This document shows positions 1 through 10,868 of a stretch of 64,000 bases of DNA, in pieces. Location: positions 62,001 to 126,000 of the forward strand of contig PPNB01000021.1 in assembly GCA_003707115.1 (NCBI GenBank), written 5' to 3'. Under the pieces are notes generated by a model. That model had not been told where the DNA came from, ran no database searches, and saw only the letters and a program-made list of their open reading frames with translations. Source of the stretch: Tortispora ganteri. Its lineage: Eukaryota. Position numbers and translations under genes: made by a program. Within the stretch, counting starts at the first letter, position 1, and each line of letters opens with the position of its first letter.

Positions 1-876
1 TTTCACAATCTGAGTTTCTCATAGTAAGGTATTAGTAGCAAAGTAAAGCGAATGACTGAAGTGAGAAGAGTGTGGAAGTGATAACGCGAATCAGGAACGA
101 GCGTTTTGGTTGATACGAGAAGCCAGCTGGACGCAAGGAGGAGACAACCAGGCAAACAGAAATATAAACAGTGTAAAATAAAATACAGTGCTCGGAGGTA
201 AGAGTCTTGATAGCGTATGCAAAATAGTGTGAACGAAAGTGCGATCTAAGATAAAGGAAATAACAAACAAAAGAGGAGCCAAAAAAAACAGCAGCTATAG
301 AGTACAAAGAGAAATGGTAACGAGCTTGCAAATAAATATTTTGTATAAGTAAATCAAAGAGAATATGTAAGGAGAATTAAAGAGAGGTTTATGGAGAGAA
401 AAAAAAGTGAGTATAAGGTAAGAATTCAGGAATGGCTGGTACTATCGATGGCGGCTAGATCTACGCCGTTAGAAAGTGGGGAGAGAAGGCAGGCGCGGGT
501 ACCAATACCGGAAAAAACACTATCTGTTGTTATGACAACGTGTGGTAGTATATGGCCGTGATAGAGTTTTTTTTGTGTGCGATCTTCCACGGGGCTGGCG
601 GCCTAGTTTAGTAGCAACTTTGGCAGTCAAAATGCAGTTATAGGATTAACAATATGATCAAATTGGACAGTCAATGATTTTTTGCATGACTTTTTAATTC
701 TAATAACACGGCGGCTTTATCAAGGTCCAGGCAGCATTATCTGAAATCCTTTAGTAAACTTTATAGCAAATAAGGTTTACGATCCCCGTATATCTATGAC
801 TACCTAGATCTACAGTCGTAATGCGCATTAAAGGCAGATGCCGTGTGTATGTTTTTCTTTAGAGATCGCGGTTTTC

Positions 877-3800
877 TCAGAACTTGCCCACTTCTTTAGA
901 AAGCCGTTTCATTAGTTCCCAGTCAGCTTTGGTGACAGTGTCGCGAAACGCTTTGTCCTTGAGCAGGTTCACAGACTCTTGTGTAATCGCGGAGTAAATG
1001 GGATCAGTTTCGTCTATGTGTCTGCCCCATGTCGGTGCTCCTGAATCTGCGTCAAGTCTTACTGCTACTCCTGCACCAGATTGACCCTTTTTAACAGTTT
1101 CAACAGCCTTGTGATTCACCTCCATGCTGACAACGCGACCAAGACGTAGTACTTGTCGGTGTCCTTCATTATCATTCTTGACAATCGCAAGCGGAGTTCC
1201 GACCCGTAACGAACCTTCAACGAGATCTACACCAATAATCATCGGATTCCTCTTGTTGATTATCTGCAGTGTCTTCAGTATGCACGGATATACCAGCTTG
1301 CTGGCGTTTTCCTTGCGTTTCTGATCTAGAAGTTCTTCCTGATACGCCTTGAACTTATCGAATAGATGATAAATGATATCTGCCTTGAACATTTTGACAC
1401 CCTGTTCTCGCGCATATGCCTCAGCTTCTTTGTCCACTTTGACATCAAAACACAACATAACAGCAAACTGAGGCGCTCTTTCTAGCATAGTAGCAGCCAT
1501 CATGACATCTTTTTTGAATACGGGCCCAATAGAGAAATCCATTACGGGAATCTTCATCGACCGCAGGAAGTCTAGCAGAGCTTCTAGAGATCCAAGCGTA
1601 GACGCCTGCACCCAGACACCTTTGCCACTAGAGCTGACAGTCTTCTTGAGGTCCTGGAAATCCTTCTCAACTTCTCTGAGAATATCTTCCTCGTTATCGT
1701 CCGGTCCAACGACAAGCAATCGCGATCCAGCAATAGCCTTATCGAGATCGTTGGCGGCAATCTTAACACCTAGCGCCGCCTTGACCTGTTTATGATGCAC
1801 GTATTCAGACTTTATTCGCAGTTCGCGGAGTGGTTGCGGCGTCAGTAAAGCCCTCACATTTGTAGCAATACCACCGTTCATGCCGCACACAACAATCCGG
1901 TCTCCTTCGTGTAATATACCGTTCGACAATACCACATCAATAGTAGTACCTAAACCTTCAATGACTTTAACTTCCAATACCGTACATTCCAGTTTTGACA
2001 GATACATGAGACGCGAGGCCATACGCGTTTGCGTCAGCTCCACCAGTAATTGTAGTAGATCAGGAATTCCTTCTCCAGTGACGGCAGATGTCGGCACCAG
2101 TGAGACATACGATCCTTTCTTCTTATTCAAGTAGTACACCTCAGAGTTAAGTTCCTGCTCGGCTAATTGCACTTTTATATTTTCCAAGCGGTCCTGGAAC
2201 TCGTGCTGCACAGACTTGCTCTGCCTATTTAACGAGTTGCGCACAGCGTTGTTTGGAATTGACTTCCAGCCGTACAGACGGTCAATCTTGTTTAGCGCAA
2301 CAATAAATGGTGTCTTTCGCGCCTTTAGCAAATTGATAGACTCAATAGTTTGTTGTTCGAGTCCATGCATGATATCTATAACCAGAATAGCTATATTACA
2401 CAGCGACGAGCCACGAGATCTCAGATTCGTAAACGATTCGTGACCAGGCGTGTCGATAATAAGCAAACCAGGGATCTTGTATTCAAAGTCTTTAATCTTC
2501 ATGACTGCCGTCTTCTGCTTGATAGCATCCACAGGAAAATATGTGGCACCAATCTGCTGTGTAATACCACCGGCTTCTCCCTCCTGCACGTTCGTCTGAC
2601 GGATCTTGTCGAGTACCTTTGTCTTGCCGGTATCAACGTGTCCGAGAATACAGCAGATAGGCGAACGCAGATCCTCTCCAGGCTTTTCTGCGCTAGTTTC
2701 GAGCTCTTCTTTCGCTTCTGGAATCTTAGAAACGGCATCTTCTGTGTTGTTGAGGTTTTTCTTCTCTTTTTTGGGTTCAGTTTTAGCAACAGGCTTAACT
2801 GCCGTCTTAGTATCAACTTCAGGCTCTTCTTTAGGCTCTTCTTTGAGCTTTTCTTTGGGTTCAGTCTTAGACTCAGTGGTTTCTTCCTCAGCCATGGCTT
2901 CCCAAGACTCTTCGGGCTCATCATCAGCCATCTCTTCCCACGAAGCACCGACATCTTCTTCATCTTTTGTTTCCTCCTCGTCTAGAGCAGCTTCCCAAGA
3001 GTCTGCTACGTCATCGTCGTTTCCGGCAGCACCGACGCCATTCAACTTAGGTTCCTCTTTTCCAGCTACCAGGTCAGGCGGGGCAGCGACCTTTTTTGAC
3101 GATTTGACCTCGGAAGGAGCTGGTGTCGCCGCCACTACTGTTGCTGCCGGCTCAGACGCAGAAGACTTACCGGATTGTTTCTTCTTCTTACCGTAGACCG
3201 GCTTAACCTTCTTCTCACCCTCATTCAAGCCAGAAATCTGCACGCCAGACGCTAGAAGGGCCTGTAGCTTGCGCTCACGTGCAGCAGCAGCCTCTTTCTC
3301 TTTCTTGGTGAGGAGCTTTCCCTGGGCTCTGAGCTCCTCCTTCTTGAGTCGTTCCTTCTCCTTCTTAGCTTCGCGCGCCAGCTGAGCCTGTCGTTCCTCC
3401 TCTTCGAGACGTAGACGTTCCTCTTCTTCGCGCCGTCGTTCTTCCTCCTCTAGTCGAGCTTGCTCTTCCTCGGCCTTCCGTTTAGCCTCCATCTGCTTCT
3501 TCAGGGCAGCGACCGCGCCTGCATGTTTCTTTTTCGTTTTGGTCTTCTTTGGCTGTTCTTCTTCCTGAATAGATATCTGTTCGAGCTCTTCAGCGACCTG
3601 ATCTACTGGTTCTGGTTCTGGTGTCGGTTCCGGCTCTGAAGCCTCAATAGATTCAGCCGTAGCCGCTGCGGCTTCTGCAGCGGCTTTCCGTTTAGCAGCT
3701 TCTTCTTTCTTTTTCTGTTTCTCTCGCTCTTTACGTTCGCGTTCCTTTTCTTTCTTAGATTTCAGTACCGGCACGACGGGCGCCTCGGGCTCTTTGGCAG

Positions 3801-3963
3801 GCGTAGGCTTCGCAGGCTCTACTTCAGCTTCAACCTCAGTTTCAGCAGCCACATCAGCTGTAGGTTCAGCCACAACGCCAAATTCTACTGCTTCAGGCAT
3901 ATCCTCTGTAAAATCTTCGTCCCAGTAATCGGCATTCTTACTCTTCTTGTCTTTCTTCCCCAT
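877..3963 (-). CDS. FUN12: Translation initiation factor eIF5B (IF2 family GTPase)
   Basis: 1028-aa ORF; charged N-terminal region, then [16 protein letters not shown] (G1), [42 protein letters not shown]. Confidence 0.97.
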   Translation of the reverse strand: MGKKDKKSKNADYWDEDFTEDMPEAVEFGVVAEPTADVAAETEVEAEVEPAKPTPAKEPEAPVVPVLKSKKEKERERKEREKQKKKEEAAKRKAAAEAAAATAESIEASEPEPTPEPEPVDQVAEELEQISIQEEEQPKKTKTKKKHAGAVAALKKQMEAKRKAEEEQARLEEEERRREEEERLRLEEEERQAQLAREAKKEKERLKKEELRAQGKLLTKKEKEAAAARERKLQALLASGVQISGLNEGEKKVKPVYGKKKKQSGKSSASEPAATVVAATPAPSEVKSSKKVAAPPDLVAGKEEPKLNGVGAAGNDDDVADSWEAALDEEETKDEEDVGASWEEMADDEPEESWEAMAEEETTESKTEPKEKLKEEPKEEPEVDTKTAVKPVAKTEPKKEKKNLNNTEDAVSKIPEAKEELETSAEKPGEDLRSPICCILGHVDTGKTKVLDKIRQTNVQEGEAGGITQQIGATYFPVDAIKQKTAVMKIKDFEYKIPGLLIIDTPGHESFTNLRSRGSSLCNIAILVIDIMHGLEQQTIESINLLKARKTPFIVALNKIDRLYGWKSIPNNAVRNSLNRQSKSVQHEFQDRLENIKVQLAEQELNSEVYYLNKKKGSYVSLVPTSAVTGEGIPDLLQLLVELTQTRMASRLMYLSKLECTVLEVKVIEGLGTTIDVVLSNGILHEGDRIVVCGMNGGIATNVRALLTPQPLRELRIKSEYVHHKQVKAALGVKIAANDLDKAIAGSRLLVVGPDDNEEDILREVEKDFQDLKKTVSSSGKGVWVQASTLGSLEALLDFLRSMKIPVMDFSIGPVFKKDVMMAATMLERAPQFAVMLCFDVKVDKEAEAYAREQGVKMFKADIIYHLFDKFKAYQEELLDQKRKENASKLVYPCILKTLQIINKRNPMIIGVDLVEGSLRVGTPLAIVKNDNEGHRQVLRLGRVVSMEVNHKAVETVKKGQSGAGVAVRLDADSGAPTWGRHIDETDPIYSAITQESVNLLKDKAFRDTVTKADWELMKRLSKEVGKF

Positions 3964-4085
3964 TTTGGTGCAATCGCGTGAAGTGCTAGTACGAGTATGT
4001 GCAGGAGTCTTTCAAAAATTTTAGAGTTTCTCAGATCACCACTCAGCCAATCACAGCATCTAGTGCACTATTCCTTAGACTTCAA

Positions 4086-5348
4086 ATGTACATCATTCAT
4101 GGACGTGAATATACGCGGACACAGTTGATAAATTGGTACCTGAGTCTGTTAGAGATATATCAGGACCCATTAATTCAAGCTCTTCTTGAGCTGCATATTG
4201 TCGACGCGCTCACAGGCCCGGAGTACAGCTCTTGCGCTCAATGGAAGCCAGACAATCCTGACAACTTCATCGCACAGCTTTTATCCAGAGAGTGCGACAA
4301 TCTCCCCAACTCGCTAAAAGACCTGCTTACGCGTATCGATAATGCGAGTTTGCGCCGGCACGAAAGCTGCGCTGCAAGCTCTGCTCTGCCGCGGAAACTG
4401 ACAATGGGTATGAACCCAAAGAAGATCCACGAATCAGAAAGATTCAGTCAACACCTCCAGGAACTCTGTCAACGCACAAATTCTTTTGATATTGTAGATT
4501 TTGGAAGCGGTAAAGGCTACATATCAAGAATAATGAACATTGTATACCGCAAGAACGTCATCTGCATTGAAGATCAGCCAGCGATCGTACAAAGTGCTCA
4601 ACGACTCGACAGCAAGTTCGACAACACCGACGCTACCCTGATACATGTTTCAAAGCGTATAATTGGTTCCGATTTGTGCCAATTAGGTATAAATCTACCC
4701 AGAAATATAGTAGTCTGCGGATTACACGCGTGTGGTGACCTCACAAACAACATACTTGCATCTCTAGCGGTCAATGATGCTGTGACAGCCGTGTGCGCCG
4801 TAGGATGCTGCTACAATATGCTCTCAGAAACATCTTTCCCTCTATTTAGATGTGCTGAAGTGCCTGAAATTACCCTTCCTGTGCGTGCGAAGATGCTGGC
4901 ATGCCAGAATCCACACGTCTGGACAGAGAAGCAACGAACGTCGTTCTTCAAGAAACATTACTACCGTGCAACCCTTCAAAGGCTTCTTAATGATGCAGGA
5001 ATTGACGGTCCCTATGCGAAATCTAGCAGAACACCACTTCTTGGATTGCTGCCAAAATCGGCATATAGCGATCCAGCCGCTTATTGCACAGCGGCTGTAC
5101 ATAAACTACATCTAAGCGATCAGATTAGCCTTGATAACATCGACAAATGTATTAATGTCCTAGCACACAGAGAAACTGAAGTCGCTGTAGTTTGGACGTT
5201 GTTGTGCAGAATATTCGGGCCATTGGTGGAATCTGTTATCGTTATTGATCGTTTATTGAGCATTAGAGGTGCGCAGGAGGTGCGATTAGACGCCATTTTT
5301 GATGAAAACATCTCAAGTCGTAACTTAGCGATCACCGCCATCAAATGA
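4086..5348 (+). CDS. METTL25/RRNAD1-like SAM-dependent methyltransferase
   Basis: First ATG at 4086 (track starts at GTG 3999). Motifs MNPKKIHE, IVDFGSGKGYISR, GLHACGDLT, VGCCYN, C-terminal ISSRNLAITAIK. Confidence 0.85.
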   Translation: MYIIHGREYTRTQLINWYLSLLEIYQDPLIQALLELHIVDALTGPEYSSCAQWKPDNPDNFIAQLLSRECDNLPNSLKDLLTRIDNASLRRHESCAASSALPRKLTMGMNPKKIHESERFSQHLQELCQRTNSFDIVDFGSGKGYISRIMNIVYRKNVICIEDQPAIVQSAQRLDSKFDNTDATLIHVSKRIIGSDLCQLGINLPRNIVVCGLHACGDLTNNILASLAVNDAVTAVCAVGCCYNMLSETSFPLFRCAEVPEITLPVRAKMLACQNPHVWTEKQRTSFFKKHYYRATLQRLLNDAGIDGPYAKSSRTPLLGLLPKSAYSDPAAYCTAAVHKLHLSDQISLDNIDKCINVLAHRETEVAVVWTLLCRIFGPLVESVIVIDRLLSIRGAQEVRLDAIFDENISSRNLAITAIK

Positions 5349-5349
5349 T

Positions 5350-6951
5350 TCATGTTATAGTCTTCTGCGACAGTGCATCGTCTTTGAAAATAATGTTTTC
5401 TTGGTCTGCAGCGTTCTCTTCGAGTGCACGTCGCATGAAATCGTTAGACACGGCATCTGTGGGGTTTATGAACAGCGCATTGTTGAAATGTTGAATCGCC
5501 TCCAGATAGTTGCGTTTCAGCAAATATACAAGACCGATCGCGGACTGCAGTGGAGCATTAGAAGCGACGAGTCTCTCGACCTGAAGAAATAGAGTCAGTG
5601 ATTCGTCCAGCTGTCCTATATTGCGATACACGTGTGCCAGGTTAGATTTAATTGATATAGAGGCAGTGAAGTCACTTTCGAACTCTTCGACAACTTCCAT
5701 GGCCTTTTGTAGGTATGACAGCGCCTCGGGATAGTTGCCCTTGTGGTAGTGTAGTACGCCGATTTCGTTTAGCACAAGTGGATCGTTTGGGCATAGCGTG
5801 AATGCCGATTTCATGTATTCTTCGGCTGTGAGGAAGTTGTTAAGTTGGGTGTGCTGCATGCCTAGAAATAGGAACGGAAGGTGAGAACCTTGGAATAGCC
5901 GAGCAGCTGTAGCGTAGGCAGAGAGAGCCTGTTCGTGCTCGCCATCTACTGCGAATGTGTGCGCGAAGCCGATCCAAGCGGGTCCGAAATGTGGATCTAG
6001 CACGGAGGCTTTAGAAAAGAATCTGCGTGCTTCTGGTATTTTTTTAATGTTCAAGTAGTATACAGCGACAGCTAGCCAAGATTCTGGCTGGTTTGGACAT
6101 GGTTCGACATATTCATGGGCGAGTGTAAACAGTTTAGCAGTCCTATTGAGCTCGTGCAGGCAGGATAAGTAGACTGGGAGGATAGAGAGGTCATATTTGT
6201 CAAGTTTAAGGGCGCGTTCGCAGACTTCTATGCATTTAAGAAATCTGTTGTGCGTGAAATGCATTTGTGCCTGTGCGAAGAGGATGCTTCGCGAATTTGC
6301 GAGATAGGCCTGCTCTGCGACAAGTATATCTTGTGAAAATTGAGCGGAGTGTTGAGAATCATAGCCATAAAGCTGAGTTCTGTATATGCGCTGTATAATA
6401 TCTGCGTCTGTATGGTCTGTGAGAGGTAATTTGGCGGAAGATACGAGATCGTTGAGAACAGGGTAAGGCAAGAGTGAGTTCTGAGTGAGCAGATGAAGTG
6501 CGTCGTAGCAGCCGGGGTTAGCGGTGAACGAGCGTGTAAGCGTCTGTGCAGCTGCAGCAAAGTCGTTCTGGGAGATGTGAACGATTCCGCGCGCGAGATC
6601 GATGAGACTACGATCCTCAGACGATCCGGTATCGTAAAGCGCAATGACGACAGAATCATCGTTATCAGTTGCTGATGAAATTCCCAGAACAGCTGCAGCG
6701 TCATCCCACCTACCAAGTTTGCCTAGACACTTAGATTGCAAGTAAATGCATTTAAGATCTTGGTAGTTCTGGAGAAGTTCGACTGCACGTGAGTGTTCGC
6801 CTTGATTGTAGTAGGACCTTGCAAGCGCGTAAGCGAGTGATGGATCGTCTTGCAGAGCGAGTAATTTGTCACCTACAAATTGTGGCGTATAATCTAAACA
6901 GTTTTCAAAACTCCATGAAGCCCATTTTTTCAAATCAAATGATTTATCCAT
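5350..6951 (-). CDS. CDC16: APC/C TPR subunit Apc6/Cdc16
   Basis: TPR protein with WLAVAVYY, EARRFFSKAS, FGPAWIGFAHTFA-DGEHEQALSAYATAARLFQGSHLP, DPLVLNEIGV. Confidence 0.93.
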   Translation of the reverse strand: MDKSFDLKKWASWSFENCLDYTPQFVGDKLLALQDDPSLAYALARSYYNQGEHSRAVELLQNYQDLKCIYLQSKCLGKLGRWDDAAAVLGISSATDNDDSVVIALYDTGSSEDRSLIDLARGIVHISQNDFAAAAQTLTRSFTANPGCYDALHLLTQNSLLPYPVLNDLVSSAKLPLTDHTDADIIQRIYRTQLYGYDSQHSAQFSQDILVAEQAYLANSRSILFAQAQMHFTHNRFLKCIEVCERALKLDKYDLSILPVYLSCLHELNRTAKLFTLAHEYVEPCPNQPESWLAVAVYYLNIKKIPEARRFFSKASVLDPHFGPAWIGFAHTFAVDGEHEQALSAYATAARLFQGSHLPFLFLGMQHTQLNNFLTAEEYMKSAFTLCPNDPLVLNEIGVLHYHKGNYPEALSYLQKAMEVVEEFESDFTASISIKSNLAHVYRNIGQLDESLTLFLQVERLVASNAPLQSAIGLVYLLKRNYLEAIQHFNNALFINPTDAVSNDFMRRALEENAADQENIIFKDDALSQKTIT

Positions 6952-7017
6952 GTCTTTATAGGCAATAATAATGAAGTTGTGCCACTGTTTACATCTTGCA
7001 TTGAGTGGATACCTATT

Positions 7018-7040
7018 TTAGGGTTGCGGCTCGACCCTAA
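7018..7040. promoter_or_regulatory. Inverted pair of TTAGGG (Tbf1/telobox-type) sites in the CDC16/ERG20 bidirectional promoter
   Basis: TTAGGGTtgcggctcgACCCTAA. Confidence 0.6.
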
Positions 7041-7091
7041 TGTCAAAACAGCTGCACCAACACGGTCAGTACCCCTTTCAACACGCTAACA

Positions 7092-8129
7092 ATGCCTGCA
7101 AATAGAGATCAGTTTAACAAGTTTTTCGACGAATTAGAGGATGAAGTTATTGCTGTCGCAGCCAATTATGGCCTTCCATCTGCAGCACTCGACTGGTACA
7201 GGCGCTCTCTACGCTACAATTCCGTCGGCGGCAAGGCCAATCGCGGCCTTTCTGTCATCGACACCTACGAGATCTTATTGGGCAAGGACCTCTCCAGCGA
7301 CGAATGGAAGAAGGCTGCCATTCTCGGCTGGTGCATCGAACTTCTTCAGGCTTTTTTCCTTGTGGCCGACGATATGATGGACCAGTCAAAAACACGAAGA
7401 GGCCAGCCTTGCTGGTACCGCGTCTCTGGAGTCGGTAATATTGCGATCAATGACTCTTTCATGCTCGAAACCGCTATCTATATCTTGCTTAAGAACCATT
7501 TCAAGCAAGAGTCTTACTATGTAGATCTCATTGAGCTGTTCCATGAAGTCACCTTCCAAACGGAACTCGGCCAAATCCTCGACCTTATAACGGCCCCTGA
7601 AGATTCTGTTGACTTATCCAAGTTCTCACTCGAAAAGCACAGCTTCATCGTCCGCTTCAAAACTGCCTACTACTCCTTTTACCTCCCAGTTGCTCTTGCT
7701 ATGTACATGGCCGGCATCGCCTCTGACGAAAACCTCCAACAGGCTAAGGATATTCTAATCCCACTAGGCGAGTACTTCCAGGTTCAGGACGACTATCTTG
7801 ACTGCTACGGCAATCCTGAGGTTATCGGCAAAATTGGCACAGATATCATTGACAATAAATGTTCCTGGTTAATCAATCTTGCCCTCAAGAAGGCATCTCC
7901 TGACCAACGTGCCATCCTCGACGCCAACTACGGTCGCAAGGATAGCGATTGCGAAGACCGCGTCCGTAAAGTATATGATGAACTCTTACTCGAGCAAGAA
8001 TACCTCAACTACGAAGAGCAGATTGTTGCAATGATCCGCGACCTTATCAAAAAGGTTAACCAATCTACAGGCCTCAAACCCGAAGTCTTTGAGGCTTTCC
8101 TCTCTAAGATTTACAAGCGCCAAAAGTAG
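7092..8129 (+). CDS. ERG20: Farnesyl diphosphate synthase
   Basis: [50 protein letters not shown]-terminal KIYKRQK. Confidence 0.97.
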   Translation: MPANRDQFNKFFDELEDEVIAVAANYGLPSAALDWYRRSLRYNSVGGKANRGLSVIDTYEILLGKDLSSDEWKKAAILGWCIELLQAFFLVADDMMDQSKTRRGQPCWYRVSGVGNIAINDSFMLETAIYILLKNHFKQESYYVDLIELFHEVTFQTELGQILDLITAPEDSVDLSKFSLEKHSFIVRFKTAYYSFYLPVALAMYMAGIASDENLQQAKDILIPLGEYFQVQDDYLDCYGNPEVIGKIGTDIIDNKCSWLINLALKKASPDQRAILDANYGRKDSDCEDRVRKVYDELLLEQEYLNYEEQIVAMIRDLIKKVNQSTGLKPEVFEAFLSKIYKRQK

Positions 8130-8327
8130 ACTTGCTCATAAGAATTGCTTGCTAGATACATTATTCTCTCTCTAACTATTTAGCTATAATCAAACCAAAC
8201 TAGCTGGTATGTAATAGCTAATACCATTCATTAATAGTTTATAACATAGTGGCCGCAATATTAGCACATAGCACTCTAAACGCACATATTTTTCTTTTCT
8301 TTTTTATTTTCTTCTTCTTCTTCTTTC

Positions 8328-9944
8328 TCACTTCCCACGCTGCTGTCTTATATCTCGAACTATACTTCTGGCCTCCTCGACGTCATTTTGCGGGCCCTGT
8401 AGAAGTCCAGCCGCTAACTCTTCGGCTTCATCCCAGTGACCGTCCGCTAAGGCTCGTTTGGCAAGCCAGAGCCGTGCTTTAGAAATCTCATCGACAAAAT
8501 CGTTCTCTGTTTCAAACTCTAAGGCGTTCCGCATATGCGTTATGGCGTCATCTCTATCGTCTGTGCTATCATACAGCAGTCCCAGTCTATAATGCATAAC
8601 CGGATCTGGGCCAGTGAGTTCCAACGCGCGCGAGAACGCCTTTATAGCGTCATCTTTACGATCGAGCCGCTCGTAGCAGGATGCTACTGCATGCCACATG
8701 CGTGGATCCTGCGGTTTCAGCGCGACAGCACGTTGGTAGTAGGAAAGCGAGTAGTAGTGCATGTCGAGCACCTCGTATGCCTGTCCCAGGCCGTACCACG
8801 CCCTGAAGTCTCGCCTATTGATATCAGTGGCGCGTCTGTAGGACTCTATGGCGGCGTGTGAGTTTTTCAACTCAACAAACTCATGTCCCATCAGCGTCCA
8901 GGCTGACAGGTACGATCGGTTGAGCATGAGAGCCCGACGATAGTATGTGATCGCTTTGACGTGATTGTTCCGTATAGAATAGAAGTTTGCAATGATACAG
9001 CAGGTTTCTGGGCGTAGCTTGTCAACAGATGAGGTTAGTTGAGCGAGAAAAGAAAGTTTTGGAGCTTTTCCGGATATATAAAGGATGTTAGAGAACACGT
9101 CGAGGTCTTCAATTCGAAAAGGGTCGCTCTTTATGACATTGTCAAACAACGCCTCTGCCTCTTGGTACTCGAGCGAGTGGTAGTGAACTAGAGCACGCTG
9201 AATCTGTATAAAGAGCGAGTTGGGAAGGGCCGTTTGCCATGACTCTATAGTCGAGACGAGGGCAGGTGAGTGTTGTGCGAGTTCCTGCTCGATAGAGATA
9301 CGGAAGATAGATTTCATAGGAGATTCGTTAATCTGGTCAAGCACAGTAGCAAGATGCGAGACGCTCGTAATAGTACGTGAAAGGTCGATAAATGCAGACC
9401 ATATATAGGGAAACAAGTTGATGGATGCTATCAGAGAGTCGATCGCTGTTTGGTGCTGATTGAGCTGGAGTGCTATTATACCGTGCAAGTATAGGAGGAA
9501 AGGATCATTTTTTACAGCTTCAGGTCGAGCCTCGAGCTGTTGAATAATGTCATTGCAATAGGTATTAGGAGTAGAGGAAGAGGAGTTGCGACCGAGTATA
9601 AGTTCACCATCCTGATCCTTTTTACATTCGCCGGCGAGGTATTTCGCATAGAGACTCATGAACCAGAGAACTGGATCATATGACAAATTTTCAAGGATAT
9701 TTGCGGCACGTGCATACTCTTTACATTCGAAGCAAGATTTTGCGAAGAGGAATTTTCGACGGTTAGAGGGCATACGCGTTGCTGATTCGGGGACATAAGA
9801 AGGCAGGTTGAGATTAGTTTCATCAGAAGGACAAGAATCTAGCAGTTCAGAAGCCCATTTGGCAGATTGAAACAGACATCTATCTAGCAAAATTGGTACA
9901 GCAATTGACAGGTCATTGGCAAGTAAGTGAATCTCATCGTTCAT
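8328..9944 (-). CDS. CDC23: APC/C TPR subunit Apc8/Cdc23
   Basis: SAKWASELL, AKSCFECKEY, RPETCCIIANFYS, AWTLMGHEFVELKNSHAAIESYRRA, RDFRAWYGLGQAYE. Confidence 0.95.
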   Translation of the reverse strand: MNDEIHLLANDLSIAVPILLDRCLFQSAKWASELLDSCPSDETNLNLPSYVPESATRMPSNRRKFLFAKSCFECKEYARAANILENLSYDPVLWFMSLYAKYLAGECKKDQDGELILGRNSSSSTPNTYCNDIIQQLEARPEAVKNDPFLLYLHGIIALQLNQHQTAIDSLIASINLFPYIWSAFIDLSRTITSVSHLATVLDQINESPMKSIFRISIEQELAQHSPALVSTIESWQTALPNSLFIQIQRALVHYHSLEYQEAEALFDNVIKSDPFRIEDLDVFSNILYISGKAPKLSFLAQLTSSVDKLRPETCCIIANFYSIRNNHVKAITYYRRALMLNRSYLSAWTLMGHEFVELKNSHAAIESYRRATDINRRDFRAWYGLGQAYEVLDMHYYSLSYYQRAVALKPQDPRMWHAVASCYERLDRKDDAIKAFSRALELTGPDPVMHYRLGLLYDSTDDRDDAITHMRNALEFETENDFVDEISKARLWLAKRALADGHWDEAEELAAGLLQGPQNDVEEARSIVRDIRQQRGK

Positions 9945-10079
9945 TGTTTATTAAATGGAAAATGTAGAATTGTTGTTGTACGAGTCAAATTGACTAGGTA
10001 ACTCCCATTTCCCACTAAGGCTATATATTGAGGATTATAGATAAATCTCTATAGAAATTGCTTAAATATATACATAAAA

Positions 10080-10724
10080 CTATTGTTCTTCTTCAAGTGC
10101 CTTTTTACGGCCTTCAAATGTACGTAACAATTTCGTTCCAGAAGCTTCAAGTACACGTGCAAGTTCGGCACCGCCGACTGTGCTAAGTACGCCGAGCAAT
10201 TGTGCTCGTACGTCGTCGATACTGCCGAGTTCTTGCGCTTTCAGGATACCGGCTATATCCAACACGGTTCCGTCGATTCTAGCTCCTAACAGCAACATCT
10301 TGTCATTGGATTTCCGTAGAATTTCAACAACCTCTTTCACACGTTGCATATTCTGTTCTGGGAATGCTATAATAGCCGTCGGACCCATAATCAATTTTGA
10401 CACAGGATCAACTATATCTTTCGTCTTATTATATGCCTCTTTAGACGCCGGGTCTGTCTCCTTATATGTACGTAGTGCCGTCCGAAATATACCTGCACGG
10501 ATTATTTTTAATTGACCGCCTGCCAGTGAAATAGCGCTTCGAAGATTACGACTGTCGGCCTTGTTCAGGTGGTTGTGGTGCGTAATCAGTAGTACAGGAT
10601 TCGTCCGCAAAAGGTGCGCGTACCGATCCAGCAAAAATGTCTTCCTAGACTCTGCATTCTTAACTGTATTCCGTGTACTATGTACAAATCGGCGCCCGAG
10701 GATTTGCCACCATATTGGCGTCAT
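10080..10724 (-). CDS. MRPL11: Mitochondrial ribosomal protein uL10m
   Basis: First ATG at 10724; basic presequence, SRKTFLLDRY, GPTAIIAF, LLLGARIDG, RAQLLGVLS..GGAEL. Confidence 0.85.
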   Translation of the reverse strand: MTPIWWQILGRRFVHSTRNTVKNAESRKTFLLDRYAHLLRTNPVLLITHHNHLNKADSRNLRSAISLAGGQLKIIRAGIFRTALRTYKETDPASKEAYNKTKDIVDPVSKLIMGPTAIIAFPEQNMQRVKEVVEILRKSNDKMLLLGARIDGTVLDIAGILKAQELGSIDDVRAQLLGVLSTVGGAELARVLEASGTKLLRTFEGRKKALEEEQ

Positions 10725-10868
10725 TTTCAATCTTCAAGAAGTTCTCTCACAGGTAGGTTGCTTTTTCGGCTGTCATACAAAATTTACTTACTACTCACAA
10801 ACTCTATTTTTCCAACCTGGCATCATTTCGCCTTAAGACCATACAATTGGATTTTATATGTGTCTAAT

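Noticed and set aside
32..331. 99-aa hydrophobic ORF on the minus strand
   Set aside because: TTG start, F/S/L/Y-rich because of pyrimidine bias; more likely the leader of a gene outside the window.
7092..8129. CUG codon reassignment
   Set aside because: CTG occurs at the conserved Leu of ERG20 ELFHEV; standard code fits.
10614..10868. 85-codon N-terminal extension of TRP4
   Set aside because: GTG start, overlaps MRPL11 antisense and the shared promoter; no TrpD-like content.
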